Numbered from the stretch's first letter, positions 48,225 through 58,279 are shown. The stretch is 64,000 bases of DNA from Patescibacteria group bacterium (GCA_041747555.1 JBGTEY010000008.1:3557-67556); one strand, 5' to 3'. Numbers and translations: made by a program. Notes: generated by a model not told the origin, from the sequence alone.

Positions 48225-49499
48225 TTATTCTACAGCAGGAGCGGCCTTCTGCTGAATTTCTTCGTGAATTTGCAGGAGCCTGTTGTATTTTGCAACACGT
48301 TCTCCCCTGTTAGGTGGACCGAATTTGGTGTAGTCACAGCCAGTGCCTACTGCCAAATCTGCAATGAAATCGTCATTGGTTTCTCCGCTGCGGTGCGACA
48401 TAATTGTTTGCCACCCTGCTTCTTTTGCTAGTCGAATGACTTCTATAGTTTCACTAATACTACCGGTTTGATTTGGTTTAACCAGGACGGTATTGCACGT
48501 TTTATCAGCGATTGCTTGCTGCGTTTTTTCTTTGTTGGTTACTAAAAAACTATCTCCAACCACTCGAGATGTATCACCAATTTCTGCGGTGAGTTTTTTC
48601 CATGAATCGGTGTCATCTTCCTGAAATGGATCCTCTATATAAAAGACATGATAGAGCGTTCGAAGTTTTTTGTAGTATTCGATGAGCTCTTGTGAACTGT
48701 AGGGTTCGGATCGGTCCTTAAGGTTATATTTTCCATTTGAAAATAATTCTGAAGCCGATGCATCCACCCCAAAAAATAAATCCTGAGCGAAAATATACCG
48801 AGTACTTTTAATAGCCTCGAGCATAATTTCAAATACATCGGTATTGCTATAAAGGTTTGGCGTAAATCCGCCCACCAAGCCAGTAGCGTGTATCGCACCT
48901 TTTGAAACCAGCACCTCTTCTAATTTTTGAAAGAGAGAAACACCCATATTAAGTGACGAGATAAAATCAATGTGGCTGGCAGGAATTATTTCAAACTCTT
49001 GTAGATCCAGATTATCAGCCCCATGCTCTCCGCCGTTGACGAGGGTAAATATATTGCTTGGAATACGGTATTGATCAGTGAGTGCGTATTTTTGTTGAAC
49101 ATAGTAATACACAGGGACATTTAGACTCAGCGCGGCGGCCTTCATAATAGCCTGCGATACTGCCAAAATTGCATTTGCACCGAGCTTTGATTTATTCGGA
49201 GTTCCATCTAAGGTAACCATGTGTTGGTCAAGTTCTGTTTGATTGGTTGGATCTTTGCCGATCATTTCTGGTGCAATGACAGAATTGATGTTGTTGACTG
49301 CTTGTTGCACCCCTTTGCCAATCATTCGATTTGGGTCACCATCTCTGAGTTCTACAGCCTCGTACTTACCAACTGAAGTTCCTGCCGGCACACTTGTCAG
49401 GACAATCGCCCCTGTGTCGAGCCAACACGTACATTCAATTGTAGGCAAACCTCGTGAATCAAGAATTTCTCTGGCATACAGACCCGCTATTGTCGCCAT
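48225..49499 (-). CDS. eno: Enolase (phosphopyruvate hydratase), divergent active site
   Basis: REILDSRG.PT, LGANAILAVS, QEF, IEDPF, KPNQ.G, SHRSGET, ERVAKYN; GDEGG replaced by GLVGG. Confidence 0.9.
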   Translation of the reverse strand: MATIAGLYAREILDSRGLPTIECTCWLDTGAIVLTSVPAGTSVGKYEAVELRDGDPNRMIGKGVQQAVNNINSVIAPEMIGKDPTNQTELDQHMVTLDGTPNKSKLGANAILAVSQAIMKAAALSLNVPVYYYVQQKYALTDQYRIPSNIFTLVNGGEHGADNLDLQEFEIIPASHIDFISSLNMGVSLFQKLEEVLVSKGAIHATGLVGGFTPNLYSNTDVFEIMLEAIKSTRYIFAQDLFFGVDASASELFSNGKYNLKDRSEPYSSQELIEYYKKLRTLYHVFYIEDPFQEDDTDSWKKLTAEIGDTSRVVGDSFLVTNKEKTQQAIADKTCNTVLVKPNQTGSISETIEVIRLAKEAGWQTIMSHRSGETNDDFIADLAVGTGCDYTKFGPPNRGERVAKYNRLLQIHEEIQQKAAPAVE

Positions 49500-51310
49500 G
49501 GAGCTCCTTCTACGTCAATAATACATGCTTTTGCAGCTTGCACAACTTGGGGCTGGACTATCATTCCAGTAGCGCCAAGGCTCAGTGCTTTACGCGCGAT
49601 GTGGTCATGAAATGGTCCTGAAAATAACAGCGATAACTGTTGGGAGCGCGCCAACACCGAAAGTTGCGACGCGGTCCGAAGAACACCTTGAATGTGTTCT
49701 ATTGCTCCGGTTGCCTGAGAGCTATCGAGAGGATACTCACTTAGAAGTCCTTGATTTTCTGGATCAATTCCCGTGCTGAGTGCATGGTGGGTGTACATAT
49801 CAAAGATGACCCCCGCAAACTGTTGGAGCGGAAACGATGATAAAAATGAAACACTGGACGGGGTGGAAATCAGTGCGTACCGTGAGCATCTTGGATGATT
49901 GTAGATGTCGTGTGACTTTAATACCTCCAGGAATAATTTTATTTCGGCGGCGGTTCGAGCGAAGGGAATAACTAAACCGATGTGCACGGTAGGATTTTTC
50001 AGTGCTGTCGCGATAGCATTGAGTTCAACGGTAAGCAGCTTTCGTTGCTGTAAGTATCGAGACACACCCCGTAATCCCAGCGACGGATTTACTTCGTCAG
50101 GTTCATAGTGATTTGCATTTCTGAGCGTTTTTAGGGTGGAACTTGAGATGGTGTGCAAGCTGTAGAGTATTTGGCCATCCTTGGCAATTGATTGAGCTGT
50201 TGTCTCGATGTATCGCGCAATCTGGTGGCTGAGTAGACTGTCCTGCTCTGCTCCATGACTCAGTGGGTGCGATCCCTCTTCTAGAATAATTGCATTTCCA
50301 GAGATGTATGCTCCATGCAGACCAGTTTTGCCATGAATTTCACTTCTTGAGGGATGGGAAATGAAGAGTTTGGTAATACTCGCAGCGGAGTGTGTTTTGG
50401 GGTATTCGAACTCGAATTGCTCTATGCCGGTGCAAATAAATTGCCCTCGCTCAAGGCTCCAGTAGATTTTTTTATGATCCAAAAATTGTCGTTTGGCATG
50501 AGAGATGAGTTTTGCTATTTTTGTGACCTGATTGGCGGTCAGTTGCTCGGCAGGTTTGTCGAGATCTTTATTTTTATACTCATCGATTTTCCTGATTAAC
50601 ATACGCTTCTGATTGCGATGTTCCTGCGAAACTATATGGCCGGTTCGGATATCAACGATCCATGTTGCGTGCGTTACCGGTGTGCGTGATTCAATCACTC
50701 CTTGAGTGCCGAGAATTTTTACGCTCGTTTTATTGCCAGTGTCAGGGTTCATAGTGTAGGCGAATCCTGAAAATTCAGATTGGGGTTGATACTGCACGAC
50801 AATTCCGGTGTGCATAAGGAGTTCTGGTGCTGTCGCATGAGGGTGGCGCGTAAAATATTGAAAACATGACTCAGCCCAGGTTTCTAAAATACTTTCTATG
50901 AGGTTGGCATCTCCTTGGCAATTTTCTAGAACGCCATTCGGCTTCTGTATCATTACGCTTGGGTACACCGTAACGAAACCGCCAAGTAAATAGTCATGGT
51001 ACTGACTGTGGAGCTGATGTCGAAGAGCCTGAGGGAGTTGGAGCCGCTTAAAAATGTGCATCAGCCTCTCTTCAGCCGCTTTTTTAGAGCTACTATCAGC
51101 GATCGATGTTTCTTTGAGATACTTAGAAATCGTTAACTGAAGGTTGTTTGCTTTTGCGATGTCAAGAAGAGCAGCGGTTGTCACCAAGACTAAGGGTGCG
51201 ACGGGAATATCGCGGTCAAATAAAAGGTATAGACTCTTGAGGTATGATCCGACTTCGGTTGAGGGAAGTGAATCAAGCGCAGGTAATTGGCAGAGGGCAG
51301 TTCTGTTCAT
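49487..51310 (-). CDS. Degenerate PEP synthase (PpsA)-like protein lacking the phospho-His domain
   Basis: GIVVQ...SGFAYT.NP.TG (N-domain) and YEPDEVNPSLGLRGVSRY, IPFART (C-domain) are recognisable; catalytic motifs eroded. Confidence 0.75.
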   Translation of the reverse strand: MNRTALCQLPALDSLPSTEVGSYLKSLYLLFDRDIPVAPLVLVTTAALLDIAKANNLQLTISKYLKETSIADSSSKKAAEERLMHIFKRLQLPQALRHQLHSQYHDYLLGGFVTVYPSVMIQKPNGVLENCQGDANLIESILETWAESCFQYFTRHPHATAPELLMHTGIVVQYQPQSEFSGFAYTMNPDTGNKTSVKILGTQGVIESRTPVTHATWIVDIRTGHIVSQEHRNQKRMLIRKIDEYKNKDLDKPAEQLTANQVTKIAKLISHAKRQFLDHKKIYWSLERGQFICTGIEQFEFEYPKTHSAASITKLFISHPSRSEIHGKTGLHGAYISGNAIILEEGSHPLSHGAEQDSLLSHQIARYIETTAQSIAKDGQILYSLHTISSSTLKTLRNANHYEPDEVNPSLGLRGVSRYLQQRKLLTVELNAIATALKNPTVHIGLVIPFARTAAEIKLFLEVLKSHDIYNHPRCSRYALISTPSSVSFLSSFPLQQFAGVIFDMYTHHALSTGIDPENQGLLSEYPLDSSQATGAIEHIQGVLRTASQLSVLARSQQLSLLFSGPFHDHIARKALSLGATGMIVQPQVVQAAKACIIDVEGAPWRQ

Positions 51311-51358
51311 CTCTGTACATCATAGCGCAAAGTTCGGTCAAGTGTAAGAGATGCTCAT

Positions 51359-52435
51359 TTAAGTGGTTTGGAGTGTTGATTTAAACCACTCGACTTGTGG
51401 TGTTTCTCCTGGGCTGACGTTATTAAGCATTGCAAGGTAGTAGGAAACATAAGTCGAAAAGGTGAGTAGCTCGAATACTTGCCCAAGCTTTGATTTGGAG
51501 CTAAGCGAAAGTGCACGAGTCTTAATGTTGTGTTTTTCGAAGAGTGTTTCAGTGAGTTGGAGTCGTTCTTGATTCTCTTCTCCATAGAGATTGGAGTGAA
51601 TAGACACAGCAACTGCTGAGAATTCGGCATTTTTAGGGTGCTGCAAGCCTTCGAGTAGATGGTGATTGAGTTCTGGAATGGTAAAGTAGGTACTCAGTTG
51701 CTTTGAGTTCTCATTGATTTGATTACTAAAAACATGCGCGGCTCCTTCTGTATGTTCAGATGCGATAACGATTGGAAACTGCTCAAGGAGTTCATAGGCG
51801 AGGAGCTTAGCAGAATTTTGTTCTTGGTTTACGGCGACGCTGTATTTCAGTTGTGCAGCTGCAATTGCGGTCAGCACATCGCGATACATTTCATCGGTCA
51901 CTTCTAGAAGGCCTAATTTTGCAAAAAGCGCAATTTGACCAAAAATTGAATAGCCGACGCCCATGCGAGGTACGTTGCAAGGGTTATGTGTTGGAGTAAA
52001 TTGAAGAAATGGTGCATTCTGAGCAGACAGCATAGTTGCTATCTCACCGCCCGTAGTTATGCCCGAGAGCATCGCGCCCTTGCTGATGGCATCTTTGGCT
52101 GCAGAGATTGTCTCTGCGGTAGTACCTGAGTAGCTTGAGGCAATGACGAGTGTTTGGTTGTCTACATACTGTGGGAGCGTGTAATCTGGTGCGGTGAGAA
52201 CAGGTACCGTAAGTTGATCTGCAAAAAGGGTTTGAATGACGTGGGTTCCGAGTATTGAACCACCCATACCGGCCACTATGACCTTAGAGACATCCTGTTT
52301 TTCGATCTTTTCAAGCGATCCAGCGGTGCTCCAAACGTCTTGCACTTGATCTCCAAATTGTTCAATTGACGCAAGTGCGCCACGGGTGTCAATTTCTAAA
52401 AGAGCATCTCTGTTGTCGAGTAATGGAGTTTCCAT
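51359..52435 (-). CDS. Bifunctional phosphoglucose/phosphomannose isomerase (SIS)
   Basis: GMGGS, SSYSGTTAET, PR..VGY, NENSK, PELNHH. Confidence 0.9.
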   Translation of the reverse strand: METPLLDNRDALLEIDTRGALASIEQFGDQVQDVWSTAGSLEKIEKQDVSKVIVAGMGGSILGTHVIQTLFADQLTVPVLTAPDYTLPQYVDNQTLVIASSYSGTTAETISAAKDAISKGAMLSGITTGGEIATMLSAQNAPFLQFTPTHNPCNVPRMGVGYSIFGQIALFAKLGLLEVTDEMYRDVLTAIAAAQLKYSVAVNQEQNSAKLLAYELLEQFPIVIASEHTEGAAHVFSNQINENSKQLSTYFTIPELNHHLLEGLQHPKNAEFSAVAVSIHSNLYGEENQERLQLTETLFEKHNIKTRALSLSSKSKLGQVFELLTFSTYVSYYLAMLNNVSPGETPQVEWFKSTLQTT

Positions 52436-52450
52436 GGCTGCGTTCCTTAT

Positions 52451-53692
52451 TTATGCTGAGTGATCGATATTTTTAGAGATTGTATGGTTGGGGGGAACGA
52501 CTACCTTTTGACCAATCAGAACAGCTGGCATGGTGTTGACACGAATGCCGATATTTGCTGCAGATCCAGTGATTAATCCAAGTTTGCGGCGTTGCGTTTC
52601 AACCATTCTCTCTTTGATCATCGTTCTGGTGGAGATACCATCAAGTCGCTTATTTGCAGTGATGAGGCCTGCGCCGACAGTCGTACGGGATCCAAGAATT
52701 GAATCTGCCACATATCCTTGATGTATCGTAACCGATTCAAACAAAATAGATCGTACAACTTCTGTGTATGCACCAACGATTGCTCCCTGCTCGAGATTGC
52801 TTGATCGGACTAAACAGTATTGGCCAACGAGGCATTTTTCACCAATAAAGGTGGGGCCTTTCACAACCGCAAAATCCTCAATTCGAGCTCCCGCTGCAAT
52901 GTGCACTGGGCCAGCTGACTCATCAATGACGGCTGTATCTGCAATTTTTGCCGTTGGGTCTTGAAATGACTTGAGAGATTCAAACAATTTTTTCTGAAAA
53001 TCAAAGAGGTGCCAAGCATATTTGAGGGTTACTATTTCTTCTTCTTGAAGAATGTAGGTGATATAAGCAGACTTTGCGTAAGCGGAGTATGCCGTTTCTA
53101 GCGAATACTGCTCAGGTGGAGTGTTTTTTAAGGTTTCTAAAAATCCTTGGTCAAATAAATAAATGCTATTGATCCTAATATCTGAAGGTTCGGTGCCGGT
53201 TTTTGGTTTTTCGACTACTTCTATTACCCGGTCGCCCTCGTGCTTAAGTATACCAAAAAGAGATGGTGTATCGGTCTTTAATCCGATTAAGACACAATCT
53301 GCTTTGCGTTCTTTTTTGGCCTCATACAGCTTGTCAGCAATTTCCCCAGCCTGTAGATAATAGGGAGAAGCTACGATGAAGTCCCCATCGACGTGTTTTG
53401 CAGCAGCGAGTACGGCATCGCCCTGCCCTTTTGGAGATGTTTGGGTCACGAACGTGATTGATGCATCAAGTTTGTGTGCCTGTACCACACCGCTTAACCC
53501 TTTTCCATCAGCGTCCTTTTCAGAAACCACAATTACAATTTCGGTATACCCATGTGCAATAACATCATCGAGCGCGCGAATGATCAGCGACTGTCCCATG
53601 AGCGTTAAATTACCTTTGTGAGTATCGGTATTCAGAGGAAAAAAACGTGAGTTTTTCCCCGCAGCAATAAAGACGATAGTGGGTTTTTTCAT
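52451..53692 (-). CDS. Sugar-1-phosphate nucleotidyltransferase with a hexapeptide (LbH) domain, archaeal GlmU-like
   Basis: IAAGKNSRFFPL, Q..PKG.GDA, VVEKP, hexapeptide repeats, TAN.R.D...RKLG. Confidence 0.85.
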   Translation of the reverse strand: MKKPTIVFIAAGKNSRFFPLNTDTHKGNLTLMGQSLIIRALDDVIAHGYTEIVIVVSEKDADGKGLSGVVQAHKLDASITFVTQTSPKGQGDAVLAAAKHVDGDFIVASPYYLQAGEIADKLYEAKKERKADCVLIGLKTDTPSLFGILKHEGDRVIEVVEKPKTGTEPSDIRINSIYLFDQGFLETLKNTPPEQYSLETAYSAYAKSAYITYILQEEEIVTLKYAWHLFDFQKKLFESLKSFQDPTAKIADTAVIDESAGPVHIAAGARIEDFAVVKGPTFIGEKCLVGQYCLVRSSNLEQGAIVGAYTEVVRSILFESVTIHQGYVADSILGSRTTVGAGLITANKRLDGISTRTMIKERMVETQRRKLGLITGSAANIGIRVNTMPAVLIGQKVVVPPNHTISKNIDHSA

Positions 53693-53718
53693 GTGATTCA
53701 TTCTATCACGCGTTCAGA

Positions 53719-55137
53719 TTAATCAAGCGCGTGGGTGTTTACTCCATGACTCCAGTCAATTTCTGGGTGAGCGCTCAAGATTTCTTTGAGGGTTCGTTTC
53801 ATGCCATCATATTGCTCTTGTGTCTTGCCCTCGAACTTAACAGTGATATAAGGACCATTTTGGGACGCTCGAATAATTGCCATTTCTTCTGCTGTATCCA
53901 TTCTAATACCGTCAATGTCGACGTATTTGGCGTCTGGCCAGCGTTGTACAAATTCTGCCCTAATTTTGGTATCAATGAATTCAAATTTAATATCATCTGC
54001 AAGTCCAAACTTAATTTCTGGACTACTCACATAGATCGCTAATTCATCTGCTGCTTCTGCGAGTGTTTGATCTTTTCGCTCTAAATACTGTAAAAGTCGC
54101 ATGCTGGCATATGCACCATCATCATGGCCATAGAAATTATCCATGAAGAAAATGTGTCCAGACAACTCTCCACCAAACGGTGCGCGGACTTCTTTAATCT
54201 TGGCTTTAATAAATGAGTGCCCCGTCATCCACATCACTGGTTCTCCACCTGCAGCCTCGACGGCTTCGGTCACTTGTCGAGAACAAAGGGTGTTGTACAC
54301 AATTTTGCTGCCTGGCATCATGTCGAGAACGTCTTTTGCAAAAATCGCAACAATTGAGTCCATCCAGAGCGTACGTCCGTTGTTATCGACCACAGCCATG
54401 CGGTCGCCATCGGTGTCGTATGCAAAACCGATATCAGCTCCATGCTCTTTAACGCCTTCCGCGAGGCGATCAAGAACCTCAACTTCTGTAGGATCTGGGA
54501 CACCGAGTGGGAAATTACCATCTGGGGTGGTATTTTGCTCAATTACCTCGCACCCCGCGTCACGAAAAATCTGTGGGTAAAAGACGCCCGAAGCGGTATT
54601 ACACCCTTCTACAACAACTTTCCATTTTTTCTTGAGTGAAAAATGCTTGAGAATATCTGCTTTGTATTGTGGAAATATATCTTCGGTCCTATTTGTGCCT
54701 GAGCCCTCACTGAATTCACGTTTTTCACAGAGTTCTCTCAAGTAGTGAATTTCCTCCGTGATCATGGTGTCTGAATAGCCGACGCCCAACTTAAGGCCGT
54801 TATACTCTGCTGGATTGTGGGAGGCAGTAACCATTGCACTGCCTTTAGTCTTGAATTCATAGCTTGAGAAATAGCTGATTTGGCTCATTGCCATGCCAAT
54901 ATCGATTGTGTCGATGCCGCCGTCATTCAGCCCTGCGATAAATGCAGTCGAATATTCTTCACTCGTGAGTCGATTGTCTCGAGCAACGGTCGCTTCTTTT
55001 ATTCTTCTCTGAGAAAGGAATGTCGCATACCCACGACCAAGGGTGTAGTACACATCTCCCGATAAATCTTCATCAGCGACACCACGCAGGTCATATCCTC
55101 GAAAAATCTTTGCATTAATGGGAACTATTTTGTACAT
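53719..55137 (-). CDS. Phosphomannomutase/phosphoglucomutase
   Basis: FRGYDLRG, TASHNP, DTDGDR, GELSGH. Confidence 0.95.
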   Translation of the reverse strand: MYKIVPINAKIFRGYDLRGVADEDLSGDVYYTLGRGYATFLSQRRIKEATVARDNRLTSEEYSTAFIAGLNDGGIDTIDIGMAMSQISYFSSYEFKTKGSAMVTASHNPAEYNGLKLGVGYSDTMITEEIHYLRELCEKREFSEGSGTNRTEDIFPQYKADILKHFSLKKKWKVVVEGCNTASGVFYPQIFRDAGCEVIEQNTTPDGNFPLGVPDPTEVEVLDRLAEGVKEHGADIGFAYDTDGDRMAVVDNNGRTLWMDSIVAIFAKDVLDMMPGSKIVYNTLCSRQVTEAVEAAGGEPVMWMTGHSFIKAKIKEVRAPFGGELSGHIFFMDNFYGHDDGAYASMRLLQYLERKDQTLAEAADELAIYVSSPEIKFGLADDIKFEFIDTKIRAEFVQRWPDAKYVDIDGIRMDTAEEMAIIRASQNGPYITVKFEGKTQEQYDGMKRTLKEILSAHPEIDWSHGVNTHALD

Positions 55138-55186
55138 GTCTACCTCCGTATTACTTCATAAGTATGATAAAGTATGATCCTTTACT

Positions 55187-55861
55187 CTACCCCGTGATGG
55201 TCAAAAGGTCAAGCTGTTGAGATAGTGTACCAGCTAGACGTGAAGTTTTCATAGCGCGATCGATGTCGCGGAGTCGTTGATGTATGCGCAAAAGTTGCTC
55301 CAAACTGAATTTTTTTGCCTGAAAGACAAGTTTCTGGACCATAAACGGTGCGCCTGGCGCAGTTCCGGTTTCTTTTACCTGAATCAAGAGCCTGATCTGT
55401 CTGGCGAGCATCACAAAACAGAGATACTCATCTTCTTGCTCGAGTGCATCCATGAGGATAGTGTGTTTTTTATTCTGATCGCCGCTGCCCAGCGTTTCGA
55501 GCCAAGCGAACATTTTCTTGCTAATGGCAAAGCTTTCCACTTTAGCATTTCCAAACTTTTTGAGCATTGGTTTAGTGAGTGCGCGCTTTTCCCAGAGAAT
55601 TATGTCATCTTCATATTTTGAAATTGCCGTAATAAGTGCATTTTTTTGTTTTGAAGTCTGGAGTGAGTGAAGTCCTTCAATAATAATCACTCTTTGTGAG
55701 CCAAAGAGATTTTGGGTGCCAAGTAGTTCATCGAGACTACCGAGTGTAAGCTTTTTAGCATCCTCGCGCTCAATATCAAATCCTCGATCGCGAAAGGCAT
55801 CAATGTGCGCTTGCAATGCCTTTCTTGAGGAAAATAGGTTCTCTCCGTGAATGATGATCAT
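55187..55861 (-). CDS. holA: DNA polymerase III delta subunit-like, shortened
   Basis: IIIHGEN start, NLFG..RVIIIE, MLARQIRLL, PF..QKL..QA..F, L.DID..MKT. Confidence 0.7.
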   Translation of the reverse strand: MIIIHGENLFSSRKALQAHIDAFRDRGFDIEREDAKKLTLGSLDELLGTQNLFGSQRVIIIEGLHSLQTSKQKNALITAISKYEDDIILWEKRALTKPMLKKFGNAKVESFAISKKMFAWLETLGSGDQNKKHTILMDALEQEDEYLCFVMLARQIRLLIQVKETGTAPGAPFMVQKLVFQAKKFSLEQLLRIHQRLRDIDRAMKTSRLAGTLSQQLDLLTITG

Positions 55862-55939
55862 GGTGTGCTGTTGGATGTCTATGCTGAGTATACTGTGTTG
55901 ATAAAAAATGGTACAGATGAGTCGTAAAATCTTTTTATC

Positions 55940-56623
55940 CTATCCCACGGTGTACCCATGTCGTTGAATCCAGGCGCGATGCGCTTTGTAGTCAGGGCAG
56001 AACCGTCTCACAACTTCCCAGAACGCAGCGGAGTGGTTCATGTGTTTTCGGTGCGCCAATTCGTGCACAATCACATAGTCGATCATTTTTGGCGGAAAAT
56101 GAACCAACTGCCAATTAAAATTTAGATTCCCTGCACTGCTGCAACTCCCCCATCTGGTTTTTTGTTTACGGATGGTTACTTTTTTGTAGGTAATGCCCAT
56201 CGTTTGCGCCAAAAGTTTGGTGCGCTCCAAGATGTAGTGTTGAGCGGTGTTTTTTAGATATCTATTGAGTGCGGTCTGAAAAGCCTGTTGCTGCTCCTCA
56301 GGTTTTTTTTGTGGGTCTGTAGGATTGTACGCAACCTCATTTTGTAATACGCCAACACCTACGGGTAATTGAGCAGAATATTTAATCACTTTTTTGTATA
56401 CTTTCCCAAAAATTGTAACCTGCTCTGGGGTGTGGAGTCGCGGTTTTAGCGCTAGTTTAGCTTGTTGTTTTGAAATCCAGGGTGTATTTGTGGTGATAAA
56501 TTTTTCTATTAGATGTGTGGGCGTTCTTGGAGGAGTAGTGACGATTATCGCACCGTCCCCCTCAATTCTGAGTCGCATGTGTTTGGAGCGTTGATTGGTG
56601 CGGTGGGTGTACGAAACAGTCAT
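55940..56623 (-). CDS. YgjP/DUF45 (M48-like) zinc metallohydrolase
   Basis: QKTRWGSCS, DYVIVHELAH..HMNHS..FW. Confidence 0.92.
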   Translation of the reverse strand: MTVSYTHRTNQRSKHMRLRIEGDGAIIVTTPPRTPTHLIEKFITTNTPWISKQQAKLALKPRLHTPEQVTIFGKVYKKVIKYSAQLPVGVGVLQNEVAYNPTDPQKKPEEQQQAFQTALNRYLKNTAQHYILERTKLLAQTMGITYKKVTIRKQKTRWGSCSSAGNLNFNWQLVHFPPKMIDYVIVHELAHRKHMNHSAAFWEVVRRFCPDYKAHRAWIQRHGYTVG

Positions 56624-56663
56624 GAGTGTGTGAAAAAGGTTTGTTGATTATATCAGCCAACTT

Positions 56664-57119
56664 TTAGAAGAATGTCTCAACGATGCCAGCCAAATTGATG
56701 GTACCGATTACTTCGCGCAAGTAGGTAGTGGCGACGATAAGTACTGTCGCGAGCACTAATTCAATAGTTGGTGCAACTTCATTGCGAACTTTGTGTAGCC
56801 GCATAGCCATCAGTACATTGATAAAGGTTGTAATCATGAGCACAATTGCAATGGCAGTTAATTGGGTAACGGTTTCACCATCGATTAAGTGCTCTTTTAG
56901 TAAATGGTCAAGTTCAGGATACTCGATGAACAGAAAATACAGTGCCTCAATAAAACCATACAAACCATGCGCTCCAAGGAAAATCACGACTGCTTTATTC
57001 CAGTATTTTTTAAAGACATGAAACGTATCGACAATTTCTTCTTGCATCTCTTCGAGTGGTGTCTCTTGTTCTAACTCAGAGCCTGGATTGTCGCTGAGTG
57101 GGTTTTCTGCATGAATCAT
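56664..57119 (-). CDS. Hypothetical membrane protein (3 TM)
   Basis: ORF with three hydrophobic segments; start moved to MIHAE to avoid the tRNA overlap. Confidence 0.65.
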   Translation of the reverse strand: MIHAENPLSDNPGSELEQETPLEEMQEEIVDTFHVFKKYWNKAVVIFLGAHGLYGFIEALYFLFIEYPELDHLLKEHLIDGETVTQLTAIAIVLMITTFINVLMAMRLHKVRNEVAPTIELVLATVLIVATTYLREVIGTINLAGIVETFF

Positions 57120-57188
57120 ATGGGTATAGTACTGTCTATCGAGGACAGATACAAGATTGTGCGGTACAATAGGCCTGGTAGCTTCGGT

Positions 57189-57270
57189 GCCGAAGTGGCG
57201 GAATTGGTAGACGCGCACGACTTAGAATCGTGTGGATTACTCCTTGGAGGTTCGAGTCCTCTCTTCGGCA
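57189..57270 (+). tRNA. tRNA-Leu(TAG)
   Basis: GCCGAAG/CTTCGGC acceptor, CACGA-CT-TAG-AA-TCGTG, variable arm, GGTTCGAGTCC. Confidence 0.96.
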
Positions 57271-57389
57271 CAACATTTGAGCCTCCATCATTGACGCAAT
57301 TCCTCAGTTTTTTGATAAAAACCTATTGAGCTTCTTCATTGATAATTTTTTTAAATGCTATAGTTTGCTATAAACGACCCCAAAAACGC

Positions 57390-57412
57390 AAAAACCCCAG
57401 GCTAACCTGGGG
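57390..57412 (-). terminator. Rho-independent terminator
   Basis: CCCCAGG-TTAG-CCTGGGG followed by TTTTT on the minus strand. Confidence 0.85.
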
Positions 57413-57460
57413 TACTTACGACTCAGATCGAACATCCGGTGAGGACGGACCATCTGAGGT
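57390..57460 (-). ncRNA. Candidate small RNA (~70 nt) with own promoter and terminator
   Basis: TTGTAT-17-TATTAT promoter (57468-57496), CTCAGAT/ATCTGAG hairpin, then CCCCAGG-TTAG-CCTGGGG-TTTTT. Confidence 0.5.
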
Positions 57461-57503
57461 AATAGTAATAATAGCAAATATTATAAGATAATACAAGGGG
57501 GAA

Positions 57504-58184
57504 TTATTGGACGCTTTCTTGAGTAAACTCCAGAAGGTCTGCATTTGCCTTTTGTGTTCGCCCAAGGACTCGATCATCGTAGCGCATTTCTGTCATCCAT
57601 TGATTAACGCTTGCTGACCAGCTGCCGTTGCTACTTGGGGTGTATTTTCGCTCGATTAGTTCTGGGGTGGTTCTCCCCTCATCAATATAATTGGCTTTGA
57701 GTTCGCGTGCGGCTCGCTCAAAACCTTCTTCGTAGGTATTAAAGTGTAGCGTTCCTCTTGAATGAACGCCAAATCCTAGACAATTATTAGATCCAGGTGG
57801 AATTGCTTTGCATAAGTTGCTCTCTTGCATAGCTATCGCAGGTAAAAGTCTAAAATCCACATCGTATCGATCAGAAATTTCTACAATTACTGATCCATAG
57901 TGGTCATAGGGTTTGAGCGGGGAGTTATATCTCTCGAGGAAATTGGCCACAATTTGAGCGCGAGCATCGCCTGTTTCCATGACGCTATCAATTTGAAGCG
58001 GGCGCTCTTCTGAGGTGCCAGTATTTGGTTCATATGCAGAAGAAATGAGTACGCTGTGCTCATAGGTAGGCTTGGGAAGGATCTCGTCGGCATGATTTTG
58101 ATAAAACTGCACCGAGGCAATACTTGTCAGTGAAATGCCCACAGCAAGCATGATCCAAGCAAAGGTGAGGAACAAGGTTTTCAT
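57504..58184 (-). CDS. Secreted lysozyme-fold (glucosaminidase/SLT-like) protein
   Basis: Signal/TM; FL..YNSPL, D.RLLPAIAMQES, NN..GFG, YTP....W. Confidence 0.65.
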   Translation of the reverse strand: MKTLFLTFAWIMLAVGISLTSIASVQFYQNHADEILPKPTYEHSVLISSAYEPNTGTSEERPLQIDSVMETGDARAQIVANFLERYNSPLKPYDHYGSVIVEISDRYDVDFRLLPAIAMQESNLCKAIPPGSNNCLGFGVHSRGTLHFNTYEEGFERAARELKANYIDEGRTTPELIERKYTPSSNGSWSASVNQWMTEMRYDDRVLGRTQKANADLLEFTQESVQ

Positions 58185-58279
58185 AGCGCTTCAAACAGTA
58201 TAGCAAATTTAAAAAATTGGGGTGGGGTATTTTTGGTGTAATTCGACAGGGCTACTTGACTATGCTATGCTATAGAAAG

